Assembly (NCBI GenBank): GCA_002255045.1
Contig: NJEE01000001.1
Span: forward strand, 1 to 44,128
Length of the DNA stretch: 44,128 nucleotides
From: Candidatus Bathyarchaeota archaeon ex4484_205
GTDB lineage: Archaea > Thermoproteota > EX4484-205
Reading direction: 5' to 3'
The first letter of the stretch is position 1. The number at the start of each line of letters is the position of its first letter. Of this stretch, positions 44,119 to 44,128 are shown piece after piece. A program made the position numbers and the translations under genes. Under the pieces are notes generated by a model, which saw only the letters and a list, made by a program, of their open reading frames with translations, had not been told where the DNA came from and did not search any database.

Positions 44119-44128
44119 TTCTTTCCAT

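Overview
The window is a gene-dense, AT-rich archaeal chromosome segment. Its structural RNAs are strikingly GC-rich, a contrast typical of thermophiles. Most genes are information-processing housekeeping: aRF1, Pelota, TFE, MBF1, NAC, Alba, Sec61beta, an RPA-like SSB, Elf1, both DNA polymerase D subunits, GatCA, TiaS, Trm56 and SRP RNA. Central metabolism is interspersed: enolase, RpiA, PGI/PMI, ThiL, PyrH, GGGP synthase and a hydroxyacid dehydrogenase. PolD, an ESCRT-III/Vps4 (Cdv) cluster and Elf1 together suggest a TACK-type lineage outside the classical Crenarchaeota. A corrinoid protein with a RACo-type activator hints at methyl-corrinoid metabolism.

The most unusual signal is in the tRNA genes. 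I can fold 12 tRNAs by hand, and 11 of them need insertions removed to restore a cloverleaf, about 27 inferred introns in total. Most are 10-22 nt mini-introns at non-canonical sites: the D-loop, 31/32, 38/39, the variable loop, T-loop 59/60 and acceptor 70/71. An elongator-type CAU tRNA needs five insertions removed. The initiator tRNA and tRNA-Trp need four each. A near-identical 16-nt intron sits at T-loop position 59/60 in three different tRNAs.

Secondary candidates:
- A tight four-gene operon of two paralogous wHTH proteins, a NurA-like protein and a HerA-like ATPase, sitting behind a (TTTACG)x4 repeat.
- An unknown Cys-rich protein translationally coupled to the PolD large subunit.
- A coiled-coil protein with a MIM1-like tail next to the Cdv genes.
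- An AT-rich terminal block of small HTH genes with repeats.

All calls rest on reading motifs and hand-folding. No searches were run.
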